From the human T2T-CHM13v2.0 reference genome, Homo sapiens: a DNA stretch of 64,000 nt. Positions 15,341 to 31,000 of this stretch are shown piece after piece. How positions within the stretch are numbered: the stretch's first letter is position 1; each line of letters starts with the position of its first letter. Made by a program: the position numbers and the translations under genes. The stretch lies in NCBI RefSeq assembly GCF_009914755.1, contig NC_060934.1; one strand, 5' to 3'. The notes beneath the pieces are model-generated. The model did no database searches, was not told the DNA's origin, and was given only the letters and a program-made list of their open reading frames with translations.

Positions 15341-15537
15341 TAAGAAAAGTCGAAGGAACAGAAACTCTGCATACTGTTCACATACCCCTCTAGTTAAACA
15401 ATAATTAAATTGGGGTCATTTAAGGTAGGTTTGCAAAGGGACAGCAGTGATTTTTTGCAGTCTCTAATGACTTTGTCGTCCCAGGCATTCTACTGTGAGC
15501 AGAACATACCTGAAAGTGCACACAGGTAGAAATCACT

Positions 15538-15937
15538 GTGGCAGAGGCTGCTAACTCCACCACCCCTGAATCTGTCTTCTACTTTGTCTACAGTAAGGAG
15601 TAACTGGCTGACCAAAACAACATTGCCCAGCTTTCCTTGTGGTTAGATGAATTCAAGTCACTAAGTTCTGCTAATGGGAGGTGTACGGGATTCACGTGTC
15701 CAACTACACGGTGGAAGGGGCATGCCTTTGCCCTCTGACCCCTAGACCTAGGATCACCCAGCTGATTGTCCCCATGAACAGCAAAACAGAAGATACAGGG
15801 ACTTGGTCCTGAGACTATAAGGCTGCTCTGCCAGCTCCAGGCCACTACATCAGAGGAAAATAAGCCACTCTCTTGTTGATGCCACTCTAACTTTGGGTCG
15901 CTGATACACAGCCAATCCCAAATCCTAACAACTGTAT
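15538..15937 (+). mobile_element. MLT1-family (MaLR) LTR
   Basis: Begins tgtggcaga, contains cccagctttccttg...ctaagttctg, ends aatcctaacaactgta. Confidence 0.55.
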
Positions 15938-15952
15938 CCTAGAAGTATTGTG

Positions 15953-16190
15953 ATTTTTTTTTTCTTTAATTTGAGAAAGGGTCTCACTCTGTCGCCCAGG
16001 CTGGAGTGCAGTGCTTCGATCTCGGCTCACTGCCTCCGCCTCCCGGGTTCAAGAGATCCTCCTAACTCAGCCTCTCAAGTAGCTGGGATTACAGGCGCGC
16101 CACCATGTCTGGTAGAGACGGGGTTTCACCATGTTGCCCAGGCTGGTCTCGAATTCGTGGGCTCAAGCAATCCACCCACCAGCACGCCCA
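15953..16190 (-). mobile_element. Alu with internal deletions
   Basis: Reverse Alu lacking the linker and part of the left arm. Confidence 0.85.
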
Positions 16191-16859
16191 GTGAGATGAT
16201 TTTTTATATCAGAGTTACATCTGCATATAATTTTGAAAGCCAAATATTCTCTATAAGGCCTGTGCGTCGATGCCCACCCCTAAAAATCAAACCCAGTCAT
16301 CTCCTGCCCTTCTCCCGCGTCCCCATCTCCTGCTTGGGGACCACTTTTGCTCTCTCAGCCGACTGTTCTGGCATTCCTCTCCACTCTCTGGGGAACACGC
16401 CACTTCCTAGTTCTTCCATATCTGTCATTATTAGGTGATGCCTACTGGTCACATGACCCCCACCCCCCAACAACTCCCCGACACGCTCACCCCCCTGGCA
16501 GCTCCCACTGCGTCCTTAGGTCTCTGCAAACACGCCAGGAGTGACTACTCTCAGTGCACACAACTCTCCCCTGTCATTAATAATGGTCTTGCTTATTCCA
16601 AGGCCTTCATTTTCTATGTATTTATCACCAATTCAAATCCAAATTTTTCATAAACTGTCTAAAGCACCTGTCCATAAATTGAGGTATATAGGTACTGCTT
16701 TCATTTCATCTTGAAGCAATGTCTACTGGGGCCTTCCTTTCTGCTATAATCTACACGAACTGCTTCTCTGCCTGGGACACCAATGTTAGCCTGCAGTCTC
16801 ACCTCCCCTCCCTCTGTTACACAGAGGGCCTCTTGTCTGCTTCTCTCTTAGTGTCTGGC

Positions 16860-17900
<1,041 letters not shown>

Positions 17901-17904
17901 ACTG

Positions 17905-18213
17905 GGCCAGGTGAGGTGGCTCACACGTGTAATCCCAGCACTTTGGGAGGCTAAGGCAGGAGGATCAGCTGAAGTTAGGAGTTCGAGACCAGCCTGGCCA
18001 ACATGGTGAAACCCTGCCTCTACTAAAAGTACAAAAATTAACCAGGTGTGGTGGTGGGCACCTGTAATTCCAGCTACTAGGGAGGCTGGAATTACAGGAT
18101 TCTCAAGGGAGAATCGCTTGAACCCAGGAGATGGAGGTTGCAGTGAGCCAAGATTGCGCCACTGCGCTACAGCCTGGGCGACAGAGCGAGACTGTCTCAA
18201 ACAAGACAAAACA
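17905..18213 (+). mobile_element. Alu (AluS-like) with an internal inverted rearrangement
   Basis: Dimer; TSD aaaggctgactg. Confidence 0.9.
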
Positions 18214-18642
18214 AAGGCTGACTGGTATCTCTGAGCACACAGTGGAGGTTGTTATGTATAGAGATCTGCCGGGTCATCCAGGGAGGAAACCCCAACGTTA
18301 GTGAATTTAAGACTTTTCTGTTAGTTGGTCAAATTACACAGAAAAGGACTCCTCATTTTCCAGTACATAAATGCCTACAGTTTCCCGCCCACTGTCACTG
18401 ATTTAGAATCCGGCATCCCAAACAGACACAATCAGTTTCTTCCCCAATATTAGGCAAATTTGGGTAGAAGAAAGATCTCCCTCTTAAATTCAAAGCAATA
18501 AAGATAAGTCCAGTTCCAACTTCAGATTTCCAGTTATAAGAGTTCATAAATTCTCTCCTTCCCTTATGCTAATTCTAACATAGCATTTTCCACTTTGTTT
18601 TTGTCTTATTAGACACAAGAAATGTAAAACTATCATTGTGCA

Positions 18643-19024
18643 TATACACCATGGAATCCTATGCAGTCATAAAAAAGGATGAGTTCATGTCCTTTGTAGG
18701 GACATGGATGAAGCTGGGAAGCATCATTCTGAGCAAACTATCGCAAAGGCAGAAAACCAAACACCGCATGTTCTCACTCATAGGTGGGAACTGAACAATG
18801 AGAACACTTGGACACAGGGTGGGGAACATCACACACTGGGGCCTGTCGTGGGGTGGGGGGATGGGGGGAGGGGGGAGGGATAGCATTAGGAGATATACCT
18901 AATGTAAATGACGAGTTAATGGGTGCAGCACACCAACATGGCACATGTATACATATGTAACAAACCTGCACGTTGTGCACATGTACCCTAGAACTTAAAG
19001 TATAATAAAAATAAAAAATAAAAT
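18643..19024 (+). mobile_element. 5'-truncated primate L1PA 3' end (~380 bp)
   Basis: L1PA 3'UTR with G-tract and tagaacttaaagtataataaaa; TSD aaactatcattgtgca at 18627-18642 and 19025-19040. Confidence 0.93.
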
Positions 19025-21068
19025 AAACTATCATTGTGCAATTGGAATCATCCAAACTCAAGTGAAAAAGTGAAACTTTAAACTGTGATAACAAAGCTAC
19101 ATAAGCATTAGAAATCATTCTCATCTCCATTCATCAGGTCCCCCCAGGCTCACTGCTGAGGAAGGACTCACTACAGTGAAAGCCACCAATGACTCAGACC
19201 TTCCAAACTGATCTGCCTTCAAGAGGTCCAAGAAAATGGCATTTGTGCTAAGTAATAACATACTCAATTTCAGGCTTGCCACTCTGCAAAGGGAAAGGGC
19301 TTGCGGTTGTTTGTTGTTGTTTTTTTGTTTTTTTTTTTAATGACTCAGAAAAGATAATATTCTCCCAATCAAAATAAAATATGAAGGTCTAAGCGAAAAG
19401 CTTGTGAAATTCCAGACATGCTGTAGCCACCCTTGGAAATCTAGCACGTCTAAATCAAAGAGAAAGCTGTCTCATTTCACACTCCAGGAATTTCAAAATG
19501 AGCACAGGCATCTATGCTGAGACCTTTCAAAATATTTCAATCAAAATGGAAAAATCTCAAAGGATTCTGAAAAGAGGTACCACCAAATTTTGAGCCGAAT
19601 CTTGGTCTCTGAAAATCACTGTTTCCATGTTCCTAAGAAGCAGCATACAAGCAACAGCCCGGAATCGCAGCAGTACCAGGAAGAACCGCATCTGTAAATG
19701 GCTTTGAAGATGAAGCGCCGTGTTAAGTGCCAAGCACTATTATCAACGCGAGCTTTCTTCTATTTATACTCGCCCCGTCAGCCGGGTCACTCTGCTAATA
19801 ATATCTGACTAAGTACATCTCTCCCCCACTCTCACCAGCCAACTAAGAAGAGACAAGCCCTGCCTCATCCCATCATCAAGTGAGACGAGCTGATTGTTCG
19901 GGGCAGGAGTTCACCTTGCCATCCGCCATATGCTCAGAGCTTGATTTACCTTGATTAGGACAGCAATTTACTCACCATTTTTCAACCAGGCTTACATTGG
20001 TTTCCACTCAAAATAGATTGAAATCTGACACAAATTGCTGCCCTGGCATAAGAAATGCTAATTTCTTAAATCAGATTCATGCCTCAATACTAGGAAATAA
20101 GATCTACTGGGGATAATAGGCACTCTAGGAGTAAATACCTCCTATTCACACAATAACATTCAGTGTCTTCTAATTCATGGTTTTCACTGTCACCTCTTAA
20201 CCTCCCAATCAAACAATGTATATTGCCCAAGAGCATAAGGTGAACAAATCAGTTGTTCAAAAATGGGCATGTGCAAAATGAGAAAAACAAGAGGCTTCCA
20301 AGTTAGTTGCTCAGGAGGAGAAAACAAAGTGCACCATCTTGAAAGTCGGTTTATTTACTCTTTGCCAACAAATTATTTATTTACTATAAAGAAGGATGAA
20401 GTTTTACAATACCCAATTAAATACTACAACACAACAGGTCTTTGCATCAAGGTACTTCTTGTACCAGATATTTACACCCAAGCCACAAAGGTCATTCCCA
20501 TCCTTAGCTAAGCAGAAGACTGAGTTTGGTCAAAGGGCCTTTTTTTTTATTTTTGTGGGTACATGGTGTAAATGGGGCCTTATTTAAAATGCAGCAGTTT
20601 TAGAATTAGCAGAGATGTAGTCACACTGGGTTCAAACCTATTGGACAAACCCTACATACAGGATTTCTCTGTCCCTTATAAATATTAAAAGGAATAAATT
20701 AGAGCATCCCCCCAGGTTTGTAAAAAGAGCTAAGTAAACCTTATATTCCCCAAAATATTTGTGTAATGCATTACATACAAATGCAGATAAGTCATTTTAA
20801 GTAGATCATGTGTTGTCCATACCGCCATGAGACTCAAAAAGTAAAGAAACTTACAAGGAAGGCTTCTGTAAGCCAGACATGCATGGATAATGCCTAATTA
20901 GGGCATAATTTTCTGGGTGGATTTTAAGAATTGATCACTTCAAGCCAAACAAACGCACAGCAATGATGCTTGAGAGGTGCCACAATGTCCAAAATACCAA
21001 AAGAAGTTATTCTCCCACTGTCAACCAAAATACCAATAACGAAGAGATGAAGAGTCCCAACACTGTGA

Positions 21069-21499
<431 letters not shown>

Positions 21500-22802
21500 T
21501 AAATTATATCATTTAAGTGCATGAAGGAAGTTTACTAGAGTCTTCCTGAAAATCATTATATAAAGTAAATAAAAACACCCTCACTTACTATGGTCAGTAA
21601 AGAACTTGGAAAATGTGCAGGACTCGGCAGGAGGCCTGCGTCCATATGGTAACTAACGTCTTATCAGGCACCAGAATGTGCTCCTGGCCTTTAAGTGCCC
21701 CAAGCAACACTGTCCTCAGCTGCAAAAAGAAGGGACTGTTCTAGAAGCTTCCTCACTCTCATCTCCCACTCAAGCATGTCAGGGAAGGTAGGTTTCCACT
21801 CACCTTCCTTGTTAAAACCAAGAGGATGTGGTAGGAGGAAACAATAGAGCATCCACTAGGATGGAACAGAGACTGAAAGAAGGGAATAGTCACCATGGTC
21901 TGAGCCAGATCACAAAAGCTTTCATCAAAAAGGTGGATCTGAGCCAGGTCTGGAGAAAACTGTGATGTTTGACAAGCCGGAGGAATGGGAGGCTCCTCCA
22001 GGCTAAGGGGCAGGCAGGGTGAGCTCAGCCTCTCTGGTCCCAGAGCCTGCACTGGGAAATGGGCAGGAGAACCTGAAAAATATGTAGTGGCCAGTTGACA
22101 CGTGGCCCTGAGTGCCCAGCTGGCTATTCAAAGACCTAATCTCATCACTTGTACAAGGCCACTGAAGTTCACAGCGGTAGAGGGAGGAAGAGGGAAAGAG
22201 GATGTTCTGCACTTTCCAGCTCTCTGGGAAGCGCACAGCACAGTTCAGTCAGTCTTAAAGGCAATGAATGACAAGGACCAAATCCCAAGCTTCACCGTAA
22301 ACACTGTCTGTTTCTGTACAAGGCCATCTCCTTCTCCAAGCAGCAGGGTGGAGGGCTGTGATGGTTATCTCTCATTCCAGGGTTGGCTATCTTTCAATAA
22401 TTGTCCCACAGAGGGTAGATTAGGGAGAAGGCGAGAAGAGAAAAAAACGCCAAATTACTCCACAGCTGTCGGCTTCTATGAAGTTGATGGCATCCAGCGG
22501 TTGGCATCTCCTCACCTAAAGGCAGGGGGCACAGGCTTGGCAGGGATTAGCTCCTCCAGGCCGTCAGGCCTCCCAGGCTCTTGAAAGCTGTCAGCTTCAA
22601 CAGCAAACCCTGGCAGCTGCATTTGGCCGAACTTCTTTTCCTTTTAATTAGCACAGGGACATGAGAATGCTTCTCAGAAGAGCCCTGCCTGGCTTGGGGC
22701 CTCCTCTGCTGCCTCCTCCACTCAGTTAGAAAAGCCCTGTCCTTGGGAAGTCTCAAGGATCTCACCTGCCACAGAGCAAACATCTCAAAAAGCATCCCCC
22801 CC

Positions 22803-23174
<372 letters not shown>

Positions 23175-25299
23175 TTAAAAGGCTCCTTTTCATTAGGTCA
23201 ATGGGAAAATTAAGGCTGAGGCTGCAAGTGAGATGAGGAAAGACCAAACATGTAGGATACAGACTACACCTCTCAACCATAACATTCGTGTTGACCTTCT
23301 CTGAGCAAATACATCCAGGTCAAAGGACACAACAGGATTCAACCCACAGCTTCCAGCACACGGAGCTGGAGGAGTGATCTTAACACCTCCTGTTTGTTTA
23401 TAAATACAATATGTACTATGAAAGAACAATTATGATTAAAGTATCTCCACAGGCAGATAAAGTTTAACTTAGGGAATTAAAACCAACGATGAAAGTAATT
23501 GACAAAAGAAGGAGGCTGCCCAGAAAGTAAACGTTGCCCTCTGATGTCCTCACGCCTATTCATGAACTCTGCCCTCTGGTTCAGACATCCACAGGGTGAT
23601 GGGCTCAGGATCAACCCTGATCTTCCTCCCCAAAACCTCCTTCCAAAGACTCCTCTTTCCCACTTCTCTGTGCTTAGGAAGGTGAACTCAGTCTCTTCCT
23701 GCAGGTACAAATGCAAACACTACCATCATCCAAGCTAAATTTTGGCAGTGTGCTTTTCGTTCTATGCCCTTGACTTTTTCTGTGGCTAACTCCACAGTGC
23801 GCCATTCCACGGGACATTTCTCCACGTGTTCCGCACAACCATGCATCTCATTCCAACAGAATACCAACTGCAGGCTATTTAGAACGGTCTCCTACGAATG
23901 TCTGTCTTTAATTGAAGAACTGCAACCTAAGCCATGTACCAATTGGTACCATTTATATCCAGTGACAGATATAATGCAGACAGGAGACGGAGAGCTCTTG
24001 CATTGCCAGGGAGTAGTTCTGTTTGGTACACAGGCAAGATGGTGACTACTGAGTATTTAACATTAAAAAAAAAAAAAAAGCCCACCTGGAAAGAAATGTC
24101 CTTTCCAATCTGGAGATAGGAAAAAATAAAAATGACTCCAGATACAAATGCTTCCTCTATAGTTGTGAAGTGTGTACCTTGTAAAAGAATCAGAGAGATT
24201 TTTCTCTAATGAAAAGATAGTATATTTGTCCCAGTGCCAAAAGCTTAAGTAAACATGTCTTCCGCCTTTTAAAGCAGGTTTTTAAACTATACTTGTGCCT
24301 AGCAAATATTCTATTCTGCCATCCATCGCAGGAAAAATCAAATATAGAGGAGGGTGAAGATGAAAGGGATTAGCCGGGGTCACACCAAAAGCCCTAAACC
24401 AGAAATGGGGTTTCTGAATTCCCAGGACTTGGTTTACTCCAACCATCAAACTATGGTTTATTTATAATACCCCAAATTTAGTGCACTTTCTAAAAATAAT
24501 ACCAACTGTGAAAATTCAGCCACTTCAATTTGGCAAAATTTGACTTTTTCCCTGGTCCATTAAAAGAAGTAGAGTTATTTTCCACCAATATAGAGCAAGA
24601 GCCTTTGATTCTCCACCTTCATAGTCCCAGACCAACAGTACCACGGAAGGGGTCTACAAGCAGCTGGCAAGACTGAGGAGGCACAAAACTGTGTGTACCT
24701 GGGACTCGCAAAAAGAGCAGCTGTGGTGTCAGTCTTCAGTTTTCTACATGAAAAGGAAATAATCCAATAAAAGACCAAAAACTAAAGTTCACTCTAAAAT
24801 GTCCTCATCAGTGGCCAACACTGTTTAGAAGGAAAAATTCTAGCTCTCTTCCCCCAGCTTTCGATAGTGTCTTCTTCATTTCTCCCAAAGGCTTTTATTT
24901 AAAACATATTCTTACCTACATTCAGGGGGAGAAAACTGATTTATATTGAAACCAATTATTTTCTAATCAAGATGAAATTTCAGAAATTCAACACTTTTCA
25001 AATCTTAAATGGTCAGTTCATACGACAGTAAACAACATTGTGTCCTAACTGAGCATCTGCACTTATACATTTAAAAACAGTAATGTAAGCTTCATTGAAA
25101 AGCTCTGCTCTCCCACAGCCATCTGAACGAAAAACAAAAAGAGAACAATCTAGTCTTACCCCATTTCAAAATTAACTACTAAACACAAACCCTATTAGAA
25201 TGACCCTGTATAACCTCTCCAAAGACTCAATCAAACTCCTTATCAATAAAATAAATATAACAGCCCCCACCTACAAAAATTAAGTAAGTGAATGGTTTA

Positions 25300-25667
<368 letters not shown>

Positions 25668-25899
25668 TTACAATCTTAAGACAATGTATAAGACTAGGAT
25701 TTCAAATCTAGCTCTCTCTCCTGCTGGCTGGTGCTCTGGGCAAGTAACTCAAGCTCTCTAATGCCTGTTTCCTCTGTAAAAGGAGGATGACAAAACTCTC
25801 CTAAAATAGATGAAATATAAATATGAAGCAACAAGAAGAGTCACTGGCCAACAGCAGATATTTAAATAAGCAGCTTTTTTTTATTTTTAAAAGTATTTG

Positions 25900-26088
25900 A
25901 AGGACTGGATTGGAATGCTCCTAACACAAAGAAATGATACATGCTTGAGGTAATGGATCCCAACGACCCTGATTTGATCATTCCACACTGTATGCTTGTA
26001 TCGAAATATCACATGCACCCCACACATATGTATGATTAGTATGTATCCATAAAAGCTTCTTAAACATCTAAAAATATTTTTAAAATAA
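25900..26088 (+). mobile_element. L1MA-type 3' end fragment
   Basis: ctaacacaaagaaatgata...ccctgatttgatcattccacactgtat...atcacatgcacccc. Confidence 0.7.
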
Positions 26089-29000
26089 AGAGTATTTGGA
26101 GTAAACAGGTAATTTCATATCAGATTAATTCACAATCCTTTCACTGCTAAATCTCTAGACCTACAATCCAAATGTCCCATTCCTTGCAGGTGCTCATTTA
26201 AGTTATACCTAAAACAAGACTTTGTAGGAACCTAGAGTTGGAATTCCACACTCTTGTATCATACCTTAAAGTATTCAGTTCATATAGTAGTGTTGATTGA
26301 AATGGAGGGGAAAGAAAACAACTTGCCAAGTTTGGCAGAAAGCAGGGAAGGCATACCTTAATATCTGTTTATAAGACATCTTTTTCTTGGCCAATAAAAC
26401 TACAGGGAAAAACTCACAAGATGAAAACCTGCCGCTTCTCCCCCATGTCCCACACCTCCATACACTTCCTGTCTAATCACAGTTGCTAACATTATTTGTC
26501 CTACTTTGCAGAAGTCACCAAATGCTTAGGAAGCCCTGGATCTATCAAAATGTGTCATTTTTGCTTTTCAGAAAATGAGAAAGGAATGAAACAGAAAAAC
26601 GCAATGGATTCTTTCTTTAATCAATGTCAAAGACATCTATCTCATCACATGAATGGAAGCCTAGACGTGTCATCTCATCAATAACCTGAGAGACCCTAAC
26701 CATCAGTGCATATTGACATATTACCGCTTTTGCTTTTTAAAATTTACTACAGGCCAACCAGATGGGAAGTGTTAAGGTGGCATCTTCTCATCAGCACAGT
26801 GATGAACTGATCATGCAAAACCAATCCTGAAGGATTTTACTTGGAAACATTACATGAATCATGTGACACATTCTTTCTTATACTAAAAGTTCTAAGCAGA
26901 CTATCTTCCCTTCCTTACAATACAGTCTTACAGTCCTGTAAACATCTTATTTACACTTGACTTAAACATAGAGCCAACACTTGTTTTAGCCAACGAGAGT
27001 ATTTTTCTTAGGAATTGTCCCAGAAATTTTTAGTCTAACAAAGAGAGGAAGACCTGCCCAGCGGCCAAACCTGAACCCTAGGAACGGAAAACCTTGAACT
27101 TCAGAGTGGATGCTCACACTCACTTGCTGGCTACCAGAAGGCTGCAATCATCATCCATATCATAAACATGGACCCATGAGGTCCAAGCACCCTCCCATCT
27201 GGAATGGTGGGGTACACTGTGCTATCTGGAAGAGTCTCTTTGAGCCTGGAAATTATTAGAACAAGATGACATCAGGTGTTTCCTCATGGCTTGTATTCAA
27301 AGGCACACTGCTCTAACCCAGTCCATACCTTTATGGGGTTATGTGGGAAGGCCACATATGTATAAGCCTCCATCTTCTCTACCCTTCGCCTTTTCCAGAG
27401 CACAGATGAAAACACGACCCCATGTGGAGCTTACCTCACTTAACAATAGCACTTTACTCTGCAGCAGGGACCCACAGCTCAGCTGCTGCCTTCACAAGCA
27501 CGGTTGCACATGGATGTCACCTAAGGCCAGTCAGGTTTTCATTATCCTTTAGGGGAACATGAGTATGAAAGATGAATCTCTTGGGCCTATCTGCATAGAT
27601 GTACTGAATCACAGATGTATTTTTCCCAGATAGAAGCACAGTGATCATTGAGTGACATTCCAGGCTAGCACCTTTATTTTGTAGATAAGGAGGTTGAGGC
27701 TGAGAAAGATGACTCACTTGTCCCAGATCCCACAGCTGAACAGAACCATGTCCACCTACACACTAGGCCCGATTCCCCCCCCCACCCCCCCTCTCTCTGT
27801 CAGGAATCTTCCTTAGCAGCTAGTGTTAACACATCCTGGATCACCAAACTGAATACACACATTGACTTCCTGGTTTGTTGTGACGCATAATTTCCCAACT
27901 TTTTTTTTTTTTTAATTTGTATGATGGGGGCAATAAGTTGCTGCTGAGGCAACATAGATATAAGAATGGTTAGAAAAACCACAAAATGCATCCTGAATTA
28001 CAGGTCCCAATGCCATTTTGGTACAAAAACCTTTATGACTTCTTACTTTAGGGCAGAGTAAAATTTCCTTCTGACCACTGCACCCATGAACCTCAAAAGT
28101 ACAGAGTAATAAAATATAAAGAGAGAAATGTCCAACCCTAGTATACTAGAACTGTAGGTCATTCAAATCCCACAGTGAACTATTTTTGTTCAAATTATTT
28201 AAAAAAAGAAAAAGAAAAAGAAAACTCTGATAATCTGACAAAAATTTTTAGGCATAAGTGTAGGGCCTGGGGAGAGTAAATTTCCTTTACGGACTTCTTA
28301 GATCCCAAAAGTATCCTGTATCAATTACATAGAACCTCATTTTCTTACTGCTCAAAGCAATGCTTCCATCGCTCACTATTTCTTCTCAAATGTGGGAGTC
28401 CTTTGGGGGCAGTGGTTAAAAAAAAAAAAAAAAGCCACCTTAGCTAGAGTGGGCAGCAATGGAAAAATGGATAAGTGTTTAGTACTCCCAGGAAAGCTTT
28501 ATGATGAAAACGAAACAGGGAAGAGTCAGGAACCTTTTCTGGCTTTTTAAAAGTCTTGACTTTTAAGTCAAGAATCGTGAAGCCAGTTATTTATAACAAC
28601 CAATGTTAAAAAAAATAGTCTATAATGTCTGCAAGAACGCAGGAAGAGGAAAAACTCTGCGATGTATGACTTCCATCATTACTGAAACGCATCTCCAGCA
28701 GGACCTGCTGTTTGAGGTTCAGGATGGATGTATCCCAATGGGAAATGGGAAACAGTTCCCACCTCAGCAGGCCTCCACCGGCACTTCTACAGCAACACAC
28801 ATCAGAACAGAGTGGATGACCACTCTCTATTCCAGGATGGGGGCTGCGAGACCCCCGGCTCGGGGCAGTGTTCTGCACCGGCCCAAGAATGGGTCCTGCA
28901 AGCAGTAAACTCTTTGGTGGGGACCTAGAGGGTTGGCGGGGGGGGAGGGAAGTGGGGAAGTGCGTGGGTGTCTCCCACTCTCTTGCAGGCAGGCAGCTTG

Positions 29001-30813
29001 GTCCCAGCAAGAGCAAAGATAAGATCTGAGACGGTATTTATTTATGGAAGGGAGAAAGCAGAGTGTGTGCAAATTTAATGCTTAGTAGGGAAAAAGCAGG
29101 AGACCTCCTATCTCCAGGGCGGGCCTAGGGAACAATTCCTGCTGAGCAACAACGCCTCTCCCCTCCCCCACCCCACTTACCCGCTCAACTCCCTCCCCAC
29201 CCCCAACAGCCTCCCCAGGAAACGAGGCCACATTTAAGCCTGTTTTCTCCTTTTCTCCGACCTGCTGGAACATGGGTTCTTTCCCTTGGTGTAGACACGC
29301 TAGTAGGTCTCCCAGTTCCCTTCTCTACGGTGCAAGAGTGGAGGGGGGATGGAGAGTGGTGGGCAGCGGCAACCGAGCCAGATCCAAGAGGGGTCGGCCT
29401 CGTCTAAATTGGTTTCCCACCAATGGCCTCGGATCAGCCGCGGCTGTGCTGCGGGAGCCCTCAGGACGCGGCTGGGGTTGGTGCGCGGGGCCCCGGAACC
29501 CCAAACCCGGCTCGGTTCGGCAAGGTTCAGGGAGACAAGGTAGAGAAGGCTGGGGTGAGCGAGAAGTCGGGCGGCCGATCGTCAGGGCCACGAGCCTCGC
29601 CTTGCCTTCTTGGAATCCCACCCAACTTTAAAGGCCCAAAGATCCTGAAAATTCCGAAAGCGAAACTGCGAGCTGGTCTCCAGAAGTTTGAGAACGGTCT
29701 CCCAGGCTTTCCAGCGTCGTCCCGGGATTCTCGGACACCACAAACGCCATCAACCACGAGCACCGGTGTCCGTGGCTATTGCCCCGAATGGTCCCCATCC
29801 GCGTCCCCGGGAACTCCCTCGGCTTTTCGCGCATCCAGGTCCCCAGCCCCAGCTACTGGTGCGCCCCGAGCCCCTAGGTGCCAGAGCGGTGGTCGGCCGG
29901 GCTCCTGCCCAGTCTCGGCTCCTCCCTCCTCCCCACCAGAAGGAAAAACTTGGGCCCTTCGAGAACCCTGTGGAATGTTCTTTGTAATCAACTGTACATC
30001 CGCTTCCACGGCACGGCCTCGTGCAAAATCGCGGGTTTCGGGGCCTTGGAGCAAATTGCGCTTGTCAGCGGCGACGTCAGGAGGACAAGGGGAGGGGTTC
30101 GCGGCTGAAACTGCAGCTTCGCAGCACAGAGCCATTTTAGGCTGCTCCCCACCTCGCGGGGCCCATGGGAAAGCCGGCCCCGGGAGGGCGCGCCCAAGCG
30201 CAGGCTGGAGAAGCCACGGACGCGTCCTGGCCGGCGTGTCGCCATCGTTCAGCCTCGCTGCCCAGGTGGGAGGGGTCACCTGCCGCGGGGTCTCCAAGCC
30301 AGTGCCGCTTGCTCCCGGCCCCCACCCACTGACAGCACGGCGTCCGAGTGACCCTGTCTAGCCTCGTTCTGCGCTCCTGCAAACCACGTTGCTGCGCTAA
30401 CTACAAACCTGGCCAACATGTCTTTGTAACCCTATCATTTAAAAACGCTTCCAGGCACCTGGCCGCTGCCAGATCAGGTTCGCGGGCCCGGAGGAGGTCC
30501 TCCCACCTGCCCCCGCCAGCCCCGGGGACCGTGCGCGGCCTCCGTGTGGCCCCCGCCCACGAGGTCCCTCGGGCAGGAACCGCCGCGCGACCTCTGTTCA
30601 GCGGCCGCGTCCTGGCCACGGGCGACCCCTGTCGGGAACCCTGTTCCCGGCTAAGCTGCGTTCCCGCATTCCGGTGGCTCTCACCCGAGCTCGCGTTTGC
30701 TGGCTTTCCCTCTGGCTCCTCTGCCTGACCCCGATTTTGTCTCCGAACTCCACTCCCAGATCCTCCCCGCCCTGGAACGCCGACCTTTCCCCCGCACTTC
30801 GCCGCCCACTCAC

Positions 30814-31000
30814 ATCCCCCGGCGACTGCCCGGCCTCCATGCCCGCCAAGACAAGAAGATGCCCCTCTCCGATGCGCCGAGAGGGTTCCTAAGCCGAGCA
30901 AGGGACAATTTCTTCCCCAAACGCTGTCCCCATCCCCCACCTTCCCTAGAGCGCGAAACCCAAAAGTAAGGAAGGCAACCCCTCGCCTCGACCCTACGTG
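30814..31000 (-). other. SFMBT2: Candidate alternative downstream first exon (1c); 5' end undefined
   Basis: Consensus donor GAT|GTGAGT at 30814/30813 inside the CpG island. Confidence 0.45.

Noticed and set aside
30281-30286. ZFP57 motif TGCCGC as a sign of an imprinting control region
   Set aside because: Only scattered copies, as expected in a GC-rich island; no dense cluster or tandem repeat
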